Origin: Candidatus Latescibacterota bacterium
GTDB lineage: Bacteria; Latescibacterota; UBA2968; UBA8231
DNA length: 64,000 nt
NCBI GenBank assembly: GCA_965261395.1
Contig: OZ253462.1
Span: 1,312,001 to 1,376,000, forward strand
Reading direction: 5' to 3'
This document shows positions 8,189-18,344 of this stretch, piece after piece. The first letter of the stretch is position 1, and each line of letters starts with the position of its first letter. Position numbers and translations under genes: made by a program. The notes below the pieces were generated by a model. That model ran no database searches and had not been told where the DNA came from. It worked only from the letters and a program-made list of their open reading frames with translations.

Positions 8189-9823
8189 ATGGGCATCGAC
8201 ACCTACACAGTGAACCACTGGAACGAGGCGACGCACGTGCACGAGCCATCGATCCTTACCATAGAGCAGGACTTCACCTTCGACGCGCTCGGGTTCGTCG
8301 TGCTGCCGCAACTCCTCAGCCAGGCCGAGCTGTCCGCGTGCCGCGACAGCGGCGATGGGCTGGGCAATCTCTGCAGCGAGGCCGGTGCCGTCGGACGCTA
8401 CGTGCGCGAGCTGTGCGGCGATGGCTTTCGCCAGGACGGCCCTGCGAGGCACGTCCCTGCCGCCGCCGCAGGAGGGTACGACGAAGCCTCGCTGCCACTG
8501 GAAGGCGGGGTGCACACGCTGGACCGGGCGTACATCAACCTAGCGGGGTGGAATGGCCGCAACGCCGACGGAACTCAGCTCCCGCGGGCCGGCGGCGCCT
8601 GGGAAGAGGTCCGCATCCGGCAGTGCCAGGGGCTGGTGGTGGCCATCGCCCTCACGGACTCCGCAGAAGGCAAGTGCCCGCTGGTGGTCGTGCCCTCCTC
8701 GCACAAGAGCGGGCTGCCTGCCCCACCGCTTCCATCCTCCAGCCGCTTCGCCGAGCGCCCGGCGCTGGCGGCGGGCGACGTGCTGCTGTGCGCCGCTAGC
8801 ACGCTGCACGGGGTCTGCCCGCAGGGTGATGAGGGCGAGCTACTCGTGGTAAATTTCATCTCGCGCACGGCTCGGCCACAGGGGCCACCTGACCAGCAGG
8901 ACAAGCAGCCCCTGCCCGCATGGGCGGAAGAGCTGGGCGAGGCCGAGCAAACCGTGCTGGCGGGCGGCGACTCGCGTCGCCTGCTCCTATCGGACGGCAC
9001 TACCACCTGGCTCACCTCCGCCGACGATGCCGACGCGGCGCAGAGGGCCTCCTCTGCCCTCGAGTTCGAACGCCGAGATGATCATGCCGAGCGCTGGGCG
9101 TTTGACACCCAGGGCTTCCTGTTGGTTGAGGGCGTCATGGACGATGATTGGGTCGATGCGGCCGTGGCGGGCATCGACGCCAACCTCGACCGCCAGGTGT
9201 ACCGGGGCGTAGGCGACAAGCTTGACGGGGACGTGACGCTTGCCGACATCCCTGGGGCGCCGACGATCTCGGGCACGGGCCGGCCGGACCTGAAGGACTT
9301 GTTTCAGCTACCGGTGCCGCACAATGCGCCTTTCCTCAAAATGCTGGCGCATCCGGCCGTCATCCAGCGCCTGAACTGGATGATTGGACCAGGGTACAGG
9401 GTAACTCAGAACACGGCCCTGTGCCACGTCAAAGGCTCGAGCGGGCAGATGCTGCACTCGGGGAACGCCAACCCGACCTGCATCGGCAAGCACTACGAGA
9501 TGGTAAACGGGCGCGTGCACACGAGGTCGGGCATCAACGTCGCCTGGCAGCTCACCGACGTCGGGCCCGACGATGGCGGATTTGTCGTAGTGCCGGGCAG
9601 TCACAAATCGTGCTACCCCTTGCCGCATTCGGTGCGGGTCTGCAACGAGCGCGCGCCGATCCGCCACATTCCAATGCGTCGCGGGTCTGTTCTCTTCTTT
9701 TTAGGAGGGACGGTCTGTCACGGGGCGTACCGCTGGGAGGCTGAGTCACCGAGGCGGACAGCGCTCTTCACGTACGGGCACGACGGCCGGTGCCCTTTTG
9801 CATGGCCCTCGAGCAAACTGTGA
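8189..9823 (+). CDS. Tandem two-domain phytanoyl-CoA dioxygenase (PhyH) family protein
   Basis: Two repeats of FD..GF.V, V.P.SHK and ..GD/GSVL...T.HG; gagg RBS. Confidence 0.85.
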   Translation: MGIDTYTVNHWNEATHVHEPSILTIEQDFTFDALGFVVLPQLLSQAELSACRDSGDGLGNLCSEAGAVGRYVRELCGDGFRQDGPARHVPAAAAGGYDEASLPLEGGVHTLDRAYINLAGWNGRNADGTQLPRAGGAWEEVRIRQCQGLVVAIALTDSAEGKCPLVVVPSSHKSGLPAPPLPSSSRFAERPALAAGDVLLCAASTLHGVCPQGDEGELLVVNFISRTARPQGPPDQQDKQPLPAWAEELGEAEQTVLAGGDSRRLLLSDGTTTWLTSADDADAAQRASSALEFERRDDHAERWAFDTQGFLLVEGVMDDDWVDAAVAGIDANLDRQVYRGVGDKLDGDVTLADIPGAPTISGTGRPDLKDLFQLPVPHNAPFLKMLAHPAVIQRLNWMIGPGYRVTQNTALCHVKGSSGQMLHSGNANPTCIGKHYEMVNGRVHTRSGINVAWQLTDVGPDDGGFVVVPGSHKSCYPLPHSVRVCNERAPIRHIPMRRGSVLFFLGGTVCHGAYRWEAESPRRTALFTYGHDGRCPFAWPSSKL

Positions 9824-9915
9824 GCTCCTGGTGCCCAATGCCCGCGCCCGAAGCCAGATCGTGCCCGGCCCGCCGTCCTACACAGCAGTTACCGCGCCTA
9901 ACGCTGCTCCCTGTT

Positions 9916-12207
9916 ATGCAATGGTCTTGCCGACATCTGCGCTGCGCCGTGCTGGCGCTCGCTGCGGCTGCTCCGCTCAATGCCGAGGAATTGCGCTTCG
10001 ACAACGCCGCCCAATGGCGCCAGTGGACCCTGCCCCTGGGGATCGTCGAACTGACGCCCCTGGGGGTCGTCCGCCCTTTGCCGGCTCGCAAAAACATCAA
10101 TGCCGCACTCGATGCCCTAGACCATGGCGGGGGCATCCGCGGCGTCGGGTCCAACCGCGCCACTGCGGCCCTGGTCTTCGACGGCGACCCTGCGACCGGC
10201 TGGCAGCCCGCCTCGGGCGACCTGGAAGAGACGGGCTGGATCGAGGTGGATCTGGGCCGCGGCGTCCCGGCCAGCCGCGTCTCCCTGGTCTTCGACGGCG
10301 CCGCACCCCCTTTCGAGATTTTCAACCTGCTGCTGTCCACAGGGGAACAGTTCGTCGACCATGCCAGAGTCCCGGTCCCCGGCACCCTGACCTACCGCAT
10401 CGCCGAGCGCTTCGGCGCAAACAGCGCCCACCGCGTCGACTTCGCCATTCCCGCCATACCCCCGACGCCGATCCAGTTCGTGCGTCTCGAAGCGCTCAAG
10501 GCCGCGCCCGATGCGCGGCTGGTCGAAATCGAAGTGGAAGCCCTGGGCGACAACCTGGTCTCGGGCTTGCGCGAGCGGGGCGGGGACGTCGAGATCATCA
10601 TCGGCACCAACCGCACAGATTTCGAAGCCGCGACGCTGACCAATGCCCTGCGGCTGGTCGACGGCCGAATCAACACCTACTGGCGCAGCGGCCGAGTCCC
10701 GCGCGCCTCCGACGATGTCTGGGCCTGGATCATCCTGGACCTGGGCGCCGTCTACTGGGTCGACCAGGTGCACCACATCGGCCATATCGATCGCGGGCGG
10801 CATTTCAATATGAACTTCCACGAGATGATGACCTCGGACGGCTCGCTGGCCGCGGACGGCTCGCTGCGCTGGACCAAGCACTTTTCCGGCGTCCTGCCGC
10901 GGACCACCCGCAGCCAGGGCATGGTTGCGCACCGCTTCGCCCCCATCCCCACGCGCTTCGTGCGCATCCTCTTCAAGACCTGGGACGCCCAGTGTACCAC
11001 CGCATCCAGCACTAGCGCGCCCGGTTGCTACTCCAGTGGCCACACTGCGGAGATCATGGTCTTCAGCGAGGGTTTTCCGCGCGAGGTGCGCTTCCATTCC
11101 CCCATCCTCGATCTCGAGGGCCGGAAGAATGTCAATGCCCTCCGCTGGGCCGCCGATGTGCCCTCCGGCACCCGGCTCGAGCTGCGCAGCCGCTCGGGCG
11201 ACGAACTGGAGCAGCTTTTCACCTTCTACGACAAGAATCTCAAAGAAGTCACCGAAAAGAAGTGGGACAAGCTCATTCCCTCTTTCCGCGGCCCCATCGA
11301 TACTACCACTGCGCCCGGCGGCGACTGGAGTCCCTGGAGCAATATCTACGCGGCCTCCGGCCAGACCTTCCTCTCGCCCTCGCTCAGGCGCTTCGTCCAG
11401 CTCGACGCGCGTCTGGTGAGCGACTCCCCCCTGCGGGCACCCTCCCTGGACTGGGTGAGCCTGGACTTCACCGATCCCATCGCCGAACGCGTCAGCGCCG
11501 AGGTCTACCCCTTCCAGGTCGAGCCGGGCACCATGGTGACCTTTTCCTACTGGCTGCGCGCCCCTGCTACTCGCGAAGGCTTTGACCGGCTGGCCATAGA
11601 GGCCTCCACGCCCCTGCGCTTTGTCGACACCCGCCTCGATGGCGCGCCCATCGAGGTCCAGGCGCGAGAGGACAGCGCCGGCTTCCGTTTGCAGTTCCCC
11701 CGCCGGGTGCAGAGCGGCGAACTGGTGGAGATGCGCTTTGAGGCCGCCGCTTTCCTGCAGGCCACGCGTTTTGACCTCTTTCTCGAAGACAGCCGGCTGG
11801 GCCCGGACGTGCGCCAGCGGGTCGAACCGGGTGACGCCAACCCACAGGTCGAAAGCAGTACCAATATCATCGAGTTGCCCCTGGACCGCGCTCTCTTCGC
11901 CCATCTCTCCGTGTACCCCAGAGTGCTCACACCCAATGGCGACGGCATAGGTGACCGCCTCTTCATCAGCCTGAACCTGATCAACGTGCTGGAGCACAGA
12001 CCGCTGAAACTGGAGCTTTTCGACCTGGCCAGCCGCCGGGTGCGCCAGATCTCGGCACGAGCGCTGGCCGGCGCCCAGGAACTGGTCTGGGACGGGCGAG
12101 ACCAATCGGGCGACCTGGTGCCGCCCGGCCACTACTTTCTACGGCTCAAAGTGGAAAGCGACGCCCGCAGCCAGAGCGTCAGCCGAATGGTGTCGATCGT
12201 CTATTGA
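9916..12207 (+). CDS. Secreted protein with discoidin-like domains and C-terminal FlgD Ig-like domain
   Basis: Signal-peptide-like MQWSCRHLRCAVLALAAAAPLNA; DGDPATGW, WIEVDLG; C-terminal LTPNGDGIGD...WDGRDQSGDLVPPGHY. The ORF is open from 9790. Confidence 0.8.
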   Translation: MQWSCRHLRCAVLALAAAAPLNAEELRFDNAAQWRQWTLPLGIVELTPLGVVRPLPARKNINAALDALDHGGGIRGVGSNRATAALVFDGDPATGWQPASGDLEETGWIEVDLGRGVPASRVSLVFDGAAPPFEIFNLLLSTGEQFVDHARVPVPGTLTYRIAERFGANSAHRVDFAIPAIPPTPIQFVRLEALKAAPDARLVEIEVEALGDNLVSGLRERGGDVEIIIGTNRTDFEAATLTNALRLVDGRINTYWRSGRVPRASDDVWAWIILDLGAVYWVDQVHHIGHIDRGRHFNMNFHEMMTSDGSLAADGSLRWTKHFSGVLPRTTRSQGMVAHRFAPIPTRFVRILFKTWDAQCTTASSTSAPGCYSSGHTAEIMVFSEGFPREVRFHSPILDLEGRKNVNALRWAADVPSGTRLELRSRSGDELEQLFTFYDKNLKEVTEKKWDKLIPSFRGPIDTTTAPGGDWSPWSNIYAASGQTFLSPSLRRFVQLDARLVSDSPLRAPSLDWVSLDFTDPIAERVSAEVYPFQVEPGTMVTFSYWLRAPATREGFDRLAIEASTPLRFVDTRLDGAPIEVQAREDSAGFRLQFPRRVQSGELVEMRFEAAAFLQATRFDLFLEDSRLGPDVRQRVEPGDANPQVESSTNIIELPLDRALFAHLSVYPRVLTPNGDGIGDRLFISLNLINVLEHRPLKLELFDLASRRVRQISARALAGAQELVWDGRDQSGDLVPPGHYFLRLKVESDARSQSVSRMVSIVY

Positions 12208-12414
12208 AATCCCGGCGGGACGTTGGGAATCTGTCCCGCAGCACTCACCCGCGGGCAACACGGGGATCTTCCTGCTCGATCGGAACGGCGTCGCGCCGGT
12301 GTTCGCGCTGCCGAGCCAAGGCTTCACTGTTACTTATTGAATCCATGATCAATCTCGGGAATCAGGAGGCGTTGCGGGTTGCATCGAATCCGTCACTTTT
12401 CCGAGTGCTGCTAC

Positions 12415-14010
12415 CTATTCCCGATAGCCGTGCAGTGCAATTCGATCCAGCAGGATAACCTGGTCTCTGTCGCCAAACAGGAACGCCACCCGGACATCTC
12501 TTATATCCCCGCCGGTATGCTTGTACTCAATCGTATATTCCCTTTTTGCGTTCGAGATTGTCACCGGCGTGGATGTCCAAAACCCATCGCTCGAACCGGA
12601 GACGTCGGCCAATCGCACCTTGAGAGTTCCCATCCCACCCACGGACTTGGCCAGGAAGGATATTTTATAAAGCCTTCCCTTTCTCAGGGAGATCAGGTAC
12701 CTACCCGGAGGACTCCACTCTCTCTTGGAGGTTTCCTGATAGATTTCGGCACGGTCCGATTTTTTGATTTCCACTTTGAGTGCAGCTAGGCCGCTCAGGC
12801 CTGCACTCCTTGCCACGGACGTCTGCACGGACCCTTCGCCGGTCCAGTGATCGGTTCCGCTGCTGAACTCCGAATTGATGAGTGGCGACATAGGCGGGGG
12901 CGGGGGGGCCGTGACTTCCGTAAGAATATCAAGTGCGTTCTGGTTCCAACCGTCCTCAGTATTGAGAATGTTGAAGGCCCATTGGTTGTTGAAACCTGCA
13001 CAATAATACATCCAGCCGATGTTGTGTTTCTTGCATTCGTCGGCTACAAACCCAATATAGGCCTTGAAGTCTTCAACCGTATGGCAGGGCGGCACCCAGG
13101 CACCCCATTCGCTCAGAAGCAGAGGCTTCCTCCATTTCTTCGACCATGCCACCGAGTGTGACATCTGCTCTCTCACTTCATCCTTCCACCCAGGAACTTC
13201 GTCTAGCCCCGAGGTCCCATGCGTGAACTTGTGAGGTTGATACATGTGGAAGAGGCCGATGATATTGGTGTCGTCCTCAAACCCTGAGCCGTCTTCCAGC
13301 CTGTACGTCAGATATTCCGGTGTGACGAATTCCTCGAGTTCACGACCCCCGTTAAAGCCAGGTCCGCCGATTCCGAGCGTGCGGTCTGGGTTGGTCTTCC
13401 TGATGATGGGGATCGCCGCGTTGAGGTATTCCATAACGGTCTTGCCGTCCTTTATCCCCTGAATCCCTCCCGGTTCCACTATCAGCCCCGCCGGTTCGTT
13501 CCAAAGTTCAAAGACAAGGCTGCCGGGATAGTCCTTGTAGTACTTCGCAATTCTATCCCAAATTGCGACAAACTCCTGTATGCCCTCTTTCGGCTTTGAT
13601 GCCCATTGACCGCTCCCCCACAAGCAGATCACGACAGCAAGGTCTCGGTCAAACGCGTCCTGTATCCTGGTTTTGTAGATAGCAGGATCTTCCCCAGCGC
13701 CAACGAAGAAGCGAATGCTTTGGAATCCCGCTGCCTTGACGGCATCATATTGGGCAGGATCATACAACACCTTTTCGGGTGGACCACCTTCAAGACGGGA
13801 GACATCCACGTTGATACCTTTGCCGATCCGCTCGAGCATGATCTCCCCTTTGCTCAACTTCGTCGTTGATTCGTAACTGTACAGTTCCCCCAGTAGGGGA
13901 AAGCCCAGAATGAGCGCTATTGCGATTTTACGGAAGCGGAGTATGCTGTTTTTGCACCGGCAAAAGCGCCGGGGCCGCCAGGTCAGTGAGGGGCGATTCT
14001 TTTCTTCCAT
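12415..14010 (-). CDS. Glycoside hydrolase family 5 enzyme with C-terminal CBM4/9-like domain
   Basis: Acid/base VFELWNEP, FHMYQPH, nucleophile LLLSEWG; start uncertain (14010 or 13840). Confidence 0.85.
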   Translation of the reverse strand: MEEKNRPSLTWRPRRFCRCKNSILRFRKIAIALILGFPLLGELYSYESTTKLSKGEIMLERIGKGINVDVSRLEGGPPEKVLYDPAQYDAVKAAGFQSIRFFVGAGEDPAIYKTRIQDAFDRDLAVVICLWGSGQWASKPKEGIQEFVAIWDRIAKYYKDYPGSLVFELWNEPAGLIVEPGGIQGIKDGKTVMEYLNAAIPIIRKTNPDRTLGIGGPGFNGGRELEEFVTPEYLTYRLEDGSGFEDDTNIIGLFHMYQPHKFTHGTSGLDEVPGWKDEVREQMSHSVAWSKKWRKPLLLSEWGAWVPPCHTVEDFKAYIGFVADECKKHNIGWMYYCAGFNNQWAFNILNTEDGWNQNALDILTEVTAPPPPPMSPLINSEFSSGTDHWTGEGSVQTSVARSAGLSGLAALKVEIKKSDRAEIYQETSKREWSPPGRYLISLRKGRLYKISFLAKSVGGMGTLKVRLADVSGSSDGFWTSTPVTISNAKREYTIEYKHTGGDIRDVRVAFLFGDRDQVILLDRIALHGYRE

Positions 14011-14013
14011 TTC

Positions 14014-14041
14014 CTCTAACGGTTTGCCCGTTGACGACCCC
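14014..14041 (-). repeat. attC-like half-site remnant directly before the GH5 gene
   Basis: Minus strand ggggt-cgtcaacgggcaaacc-GTTAGAG aligns with gagtt-cgtgagcgggcagccc-GTTAGAT of the 20121 site, with the same 16-nt arm. Confidence 0.5.
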
Positions 14042-14168
14042 GTGTGATCATGAGATGTGCTCCAATTTGCGTCCATTTCGTCCACCACCTGCACCGCTAT
14101 AACCCAGTCGTTTTTGTCGGGAATGGGAAAGTCGGCGAGGGGAGCGTGCCCGGTCTGATATTCCCCGT

Positions 14169-16340
14169 TCAGTATGCTACAGCGACGGACTGCAGGCGGA
14201 TCTCACTGCCCTTATCCGTCTCTACTTCCACCCGCGCCAGATAGATGCCAGGGCCGACCAGCTGTCCGGCTCCATCCCGACCGTCCCAGCGGGCCGTATG
14301 GCGCCCCGCGGCCTGAGCCTCTGGCTGCGCCTGCCATACCCGCCGTCCGTCCAGGGCATAGATGCCGACCTTTACCTCGGACGCCTGCTGCACCCGGAAC
14401 AAGGTATACTGGATGGATAACTGGTCGTTGACGCCGTCCCCCTGAGGGGTAAAAGCGCGGCTCCCCACCTCGAGATCCCCCAGAACTCCCCTTGCCGAGG
14501 AGGCCGACGCCACCACCACCAGCTGGTTGGAACCAAGCTCCTCGCTGACATCACCGCCTTCGACCCGCTGCAACAAGCTCTGTTCCCCGCGGTTGAAGAC
14601 CTCCCCTCCGAACTCGCCGGCCTCGTCGTAGAGCACCGTTTCCAGCCCAATGCGCAGCCGCTGATCGCCCTCCGGACTCAAGCGGCGGGGCAAAAATACA
14701 ACAAAACCGCTTTCCTCGTTCACGATGCTGTCCGGTTCCACGGCGCCCAGGGGCTCACCTATCTCCAGCCAGCCGAACTCCGCTTCCGCCGGCGTCATGA
14801 CCCGCACGACGTCGAAGCCGGTGCGATCCGCGCTGGAAAATTCAACGCCAATATCGTATACGAACGACTTTTTCTCGCCCGCCGGCACGCGCACTCGCCC
14901 GCCCTGCGGCTGGTGATCTTCCTCCAGGACCACCTCGCCCACGACCCGATCCGCCAACAGCGGCGCGATCTCGATCTGCAGCGAATCCAGCCGGGCAAAG
15001 TCAAAGAACGCATCCGTCTCCAGCTGCACCCGCAGCTGAAAGTAGCGCCCCCACGGCAGGCGCGGGTGCTGTCCCGACTCCTCGAGTGGCACCGACCAGA
15101 AACTCCAGTTTTTCAGATCCTCGACCACCGGCCCTCGGAATCCCACCGCCGGCACCGTGGTGCCGCGCGCCTCCAGTCTAGATATGGAACTGATCAAGGT
15201 CGCCCTCGGCACGGAGGAAGTCAGCCGTTCCCACTGTTTCTTGGTCACCTCCACGTGGGCTCCCAGATCGTCAAAGCCGAAGTAGGCCGTCGGAGTGCCG
15301 TCGCGACCCGTCCTGATCTCCACCTGGACGCGAACCGGACCGTCCTCGAGGGCGACCAACTGCTCCCCGTCCTTGCGCCACTTGCTCACCTCGAAGACCA
15401 CTCGCCCGAAGTTGACCTCCCGCCCCAGGTCCACTATCTGCGACTCCCAGGTCGCCGTAGGCGCAAAACCCCGGCCGTAGACCTCCATCTCCGCATAAGC
15501 CGACTGGACGACGATCGGCTGATCGTCCAAAGTGACTCCGTCGGGGACTTCCAGCAGGCGCAAATAGCGCAAATTCTGCAGCGGGAAGCGGACCTCGGTG
15601 ACGCTGTCGCGGTTGGCTTCGCGGTAGGCTAGCTGATTTTCCAGCGGGCAGCAGAAGCCCGCCCCGCGCCATCTGAAGCCCCGCTCCATCTCCTCTTCCA
15701 TTATACCTCCCTCGTCCTGGCGGGCTGTCAGGCTGAATGATTTGAGGACATAGTTGGGACGAAAGGGCTGGTCGCTGTCGGGGTTCACCCCCTCGGGAGG
15801 GTAGAACACAAAGCGCTCCACCGGCACCTGCGCGCCCATATCTATCGTGTAATAGAAAGACGACCCCGATGGTGGGCGGCTGCGCCGGTCGGCGACCTCG
15901 TCCCTGCGCTCGACGTAGGTGGCGGGATCGCCGTCGACGAAGACGAGGAGGTCGGCCTGGTACAAAATGCCATAATTCCCCAGGTTCTCGTCGCGGCTCT
16001 TCAATAGAAAGTTGCCCTGTCCCAGCCACAAACGCGGATGACCCGAGTGGTAAACCGGGTCGAAGGTGAACCTGAAGGGCTGCCAGGGTCCCAACCGAGG
16101 CAAGAGGTTCTCGTCCGGCTTGAGTTCGAAAGGCTGGAGCGCCCCGGCGGCGGTCGAGTCGTCCGTCATCAGGCTGAAATCCGCTACTTCCGTCCAGGAA
16201 ACGCCGCCCTCTCCTCCGAGCCGCCACCAATTTTCTTGGGCCGCCCCATGGCTGCAAAACCCTGCAATCCCACACAGCACGGCAAAGGCCAAAATCGCCA
16301 CTTTCGCGTTTATGCGCACCCGAACCTCAGGAATCCACAA
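14169..16340 (-). CDS. Secreted protein with C-terminal FlgD Ig-like domain (paralog of 9916-12207)
   Basis: Signal-peptide-like N-terminus, DGDPAT, NWSFWS, FTPQGDGVND...WDGRDGAGQLVGPGIY; start uncertain. Confidence 0.8.
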   Translation of the reverse strand: MWIPEVRVRINAKVAILAFAVLCGIAGFCSHGAAQENWWRLGGEGGVSWTEVADFSLMTDDSTAAGALQPFELKPDENLLPRLGPWQPFRFTFDPVYHSGHPRLWLGQGNFLLKSRDENLGNYGILYQADLLVFVDGDPATYVERRDEVADRRSRPPSGSSFYYTIDMGAQVPVERFVFYPPEGVNPDSDQPFRPNYVLKSFSLTARQDEGGIMEEEMERGFRWRGAGFCCPLENQLAYREANRDSVTEVRFPLQNLRYLRLLEVPDGVTLDDQPIVVQSAYAEMEVYGRGFAPTATWESQIVDLGREVNFGRVVFEVSKWRKDGEQLVALEDGPVRVQVEIRTGRDGTPTAYFGFDDLGAHVEVTKKQWERLTSSVPRATLISSISRLEARGTTVPAVGFRGPVVEDLKNWSFWSVPLEESGQHPRLPWGRYFQLRVQLETDAFFDFARLDSLQIEIAPLLADRVVGEVVLEEDHQPQGGRVRVPAGEKKSFVYDIGVEFSSADRTGFDVVRVMTPAEAEFGWLEIGEPLGAVEPDSIVNEESGFVVFLPRRLSPEGDQRLRIGLETVLYDEAGEFGGEVFNRGEQSLLQRVEGGDVSEELGSNQLVVVASASSARGVLGDLEVGSRAFTPQGDGVNDQLSIQYTLFRVQQASEVKVGIYALDGRRVWQAQPEAQAAGRHTARWDGRDGAGQLVGPGIYLARVEVETDKGSEIRLQSVAVAY

Positions 16341-17322
16341 GGCTTTTTAATCCACTTTCCAAGTCATCCAGCCATTGCGGCGTTTTGGGGTGAAAGGCTC
16401 CCAACACTTCCCAGAACCAGCACAAACCGGCGCCCATGGTGGCTTGTCTGACTTTAAGGTACGTCTCATCTGGTTCTATCCGCACTCCACCTGCCTCCGC
16501 ATACCCAGACCAAAACTCCTGCGGATAGTGATCGCGGCCATAAATTTCTTGAGGTTCTCGGGTAAACTCTGCTGCGACATGCAGTTGTTCATGTAGAAGG
16601 TCGCCAGTCGCTCCGTTCTCAAAATCGTAAATGCCGACTATATGGCCATCATCATCAACCAAAAGATTGTGTATAGTTGCATCTCCCCATAGAAGCCCTT
16701 GAGGACTCGGATTCGGCACGACATCAATCTTGTCCAGAAGATCTTCGATAATGGGCAACTTGGCTTGACAATCCTCTGGCAGGTCGGCTACCAAGTCCTG
16801 ATTGTAAAGGAGCTTTCTCCGTATGTCTTCTCGCCATTGGGTCACATCCTGCACGGGCAGAAGACCGTCGGATACTCTCTGTTCATTGATGGCAGCGACC
16901 ACTGAGCCAAATTCTTTGAGCAGGCGACACCGCCGATCATCGCTAGTACTGGGCATCTCGAAAAAGTCTCGTCCTTGAGTACCGGGGAGCAGACTAGAAA
17001 TCAGATAAGGATATCCGAACGCATCGGTGTCCTCGCATAATACACTGATCTCCGGGACGGGCAGAGTGGTTGTATCGCGTAACAATGCGGTAATATTGAA
17101 ATCGACCGCTAGCGAGAAGGCTTTTCGATACTTGATCTTGATCACATAGCTGCCGTCGCAACACACTGCCTTGTAGACACAGTTGGTTGGATTTGCTTCA
17201 AGTTCAGTCCATTCGATAACCGAGCCTAGCCCCTGTCTATCAAAAGCCACTGCTCCCTGCTCAGCAGTAAAGGTCGGCTTTGCCTTGGAGGCTTCTATAA
17301 ATGCTTGCTTGCTGATCGCCAA
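16327..17322 (-). CDS. APH/choline-kinase family phosphotransferase (putative cassette 4)
   Basis: YVIK, LPVPEI, WGDATIHNLLV...GIYDFE (HGD..N / DFE kinase motifs). Confidence 0.8.
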   Translation of the reverse strand: MAISKQAFIEASKAKPTFTAEQGAVAFDRQGLGSVIEWTELEANPTNCVYKAVCCDGSYVIKIKYRKAFSLAVDFNITALLRDTTTLPVPEISVLCEDTDAFGYPYLISSLLPGTQGRDFFEMPSTSDDRRCRLLKEFGSVVAAINEQRVSDGLLPVQDVTQWREDIRRKLLYNQDLVADLPEDCQAKLPIIEDLLDKIDVVPNPSPQGLLWGDATIHNLLVDDDGHIVGIYDFENGATGDLLHEQLHVAAEFTREPQEIYGRDHYPQEFWSGYAEAGGVRIEPDETYLKVRQATMGAGLCWFWEVLGAFHPKTPQWLDDLESGLKSLVDS

Positions 17323-17358
17323 ATCTACGCTCTGATATACTGTAACTTTCTTGATGTG

Positions 17359-17901
17359 CTAACTGATGTGCACAAGGATCTCATTTTTCGCGTAACGGTT
17401 GGTGCACTTGTGAACTTGCTGCAAGCAAGTTAGGTCGAGGGGCGCAGGCCCGAGCCACAAGTGCTGCTGTAAGACGTGGGACATAAAAATAAAGATGAAC
17501 AGACCTTCTTTCCCATTTATGATTTCCAACGGATCTGAGTCCCAGTGCCATCCCGTCGGAATATTCCACATATCGGGGGATTCAGGCATCGTGTGGAGCA
17601 AGGTGCCCCAGTGGGTGGGTGATTTCCAGCTAGGACCTAGGAGCTGGGTGATCGCATATGTGATCTTCTGGTCGCCAATATTCCAAAGGTCTCGGTTCGC
17701 TTGCAGTATCTTGATGAGTCCTTTTGTCGGGCGATTCCAGGTTGAGGAATCTTCGCGATCGAAGCCGTATCTCTGCTCAAGTATTTCCCATATGTACGTC
17801 ATCACGCGGTGCGTAAGTGTGCGATCAAAAGCCGATTCGAGGCGGACGTACCCGTTCAGATGGAAGCGTTCAATGTCCTCTTGAGAGAGAATTTGATTCA
17901 T
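17359..17901 (-). pseudogene. 3'-truncated PhyH family dioxygenase (putative cassette 3)
   Basis: LSQEDIERFHLNGYVRL, GWHWD (HxD motif); homology stops near 17472 where the frame runs into the attC-like site, so the distal His motif is absent. Confidence 0.75.
17390..17475 (-). repeat. attC-like site 3 (inverse core damaged)
   Basis: gtcttac-agca-gcacttgtg...aacttgcttgcagcaagtt-cacaagtgc-accaacc-GTTACGC; 9-bp stem plus the shared internal hairpin. Confidence 0.65.
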
Positions 17902-17931
17902 CGATGAAGTCACATTTCCTTGGGTATTTTC

Positions 17932-18021
17932 GGCTAACGTCTTCACGATTTGCGAACCCGCGCAGCGGGTTGGCGTAGCCCAAGGCGCGTATGCGCCGCA
18001 GCGCAAAACGCTGTGTTAGAT
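17932..18021 (-). repeat. attC-like site 2
   Basis: ATCTAAC-acag-cgttttgcg...aacccgctgcgcgggtt-cgcaaatcg-tgaagac-GTTAGCC; 90 bp, starting 35 bp after a stop codon. Confidence 0.8.
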
Positions 18022-18344
18022 GAAGTGAAGTCTTCATCCTTATATCACAAAATTATTAGCCTATTGCGTAATCACCATTTGATACCAAATCAAGTTGAGG
18101 CATTCTGTCTACTATCAGAGTTTGAGTTATCATATACTCCAACGCTTCAGAGTCACTATTGAAATATTCACTTTCTTTCTCCTGAACGATATCTCCAATA
18201 TCGTCATATATCCAGTGAAAAAAGCCATCGGTTAATTCCACTTTTTTACCTTCAAAAAACAGACATACATTAACTTGCCTCTGATTGGAACGGCCTGTTA
18301 TTTGAGGGAGAAAGCTGATTACAGCACTAATGCGATGGCCTTTA

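Noticed and set aside
10117-12132. Long antisense or alternate-frame ORFs (e.g. 671 aa here, 34466-35662, 42574-43956, 45948-47339)
   Set aside because: Shadow ORFs of GC-rich genes with recognisable products in another frame; no motifs of their own.
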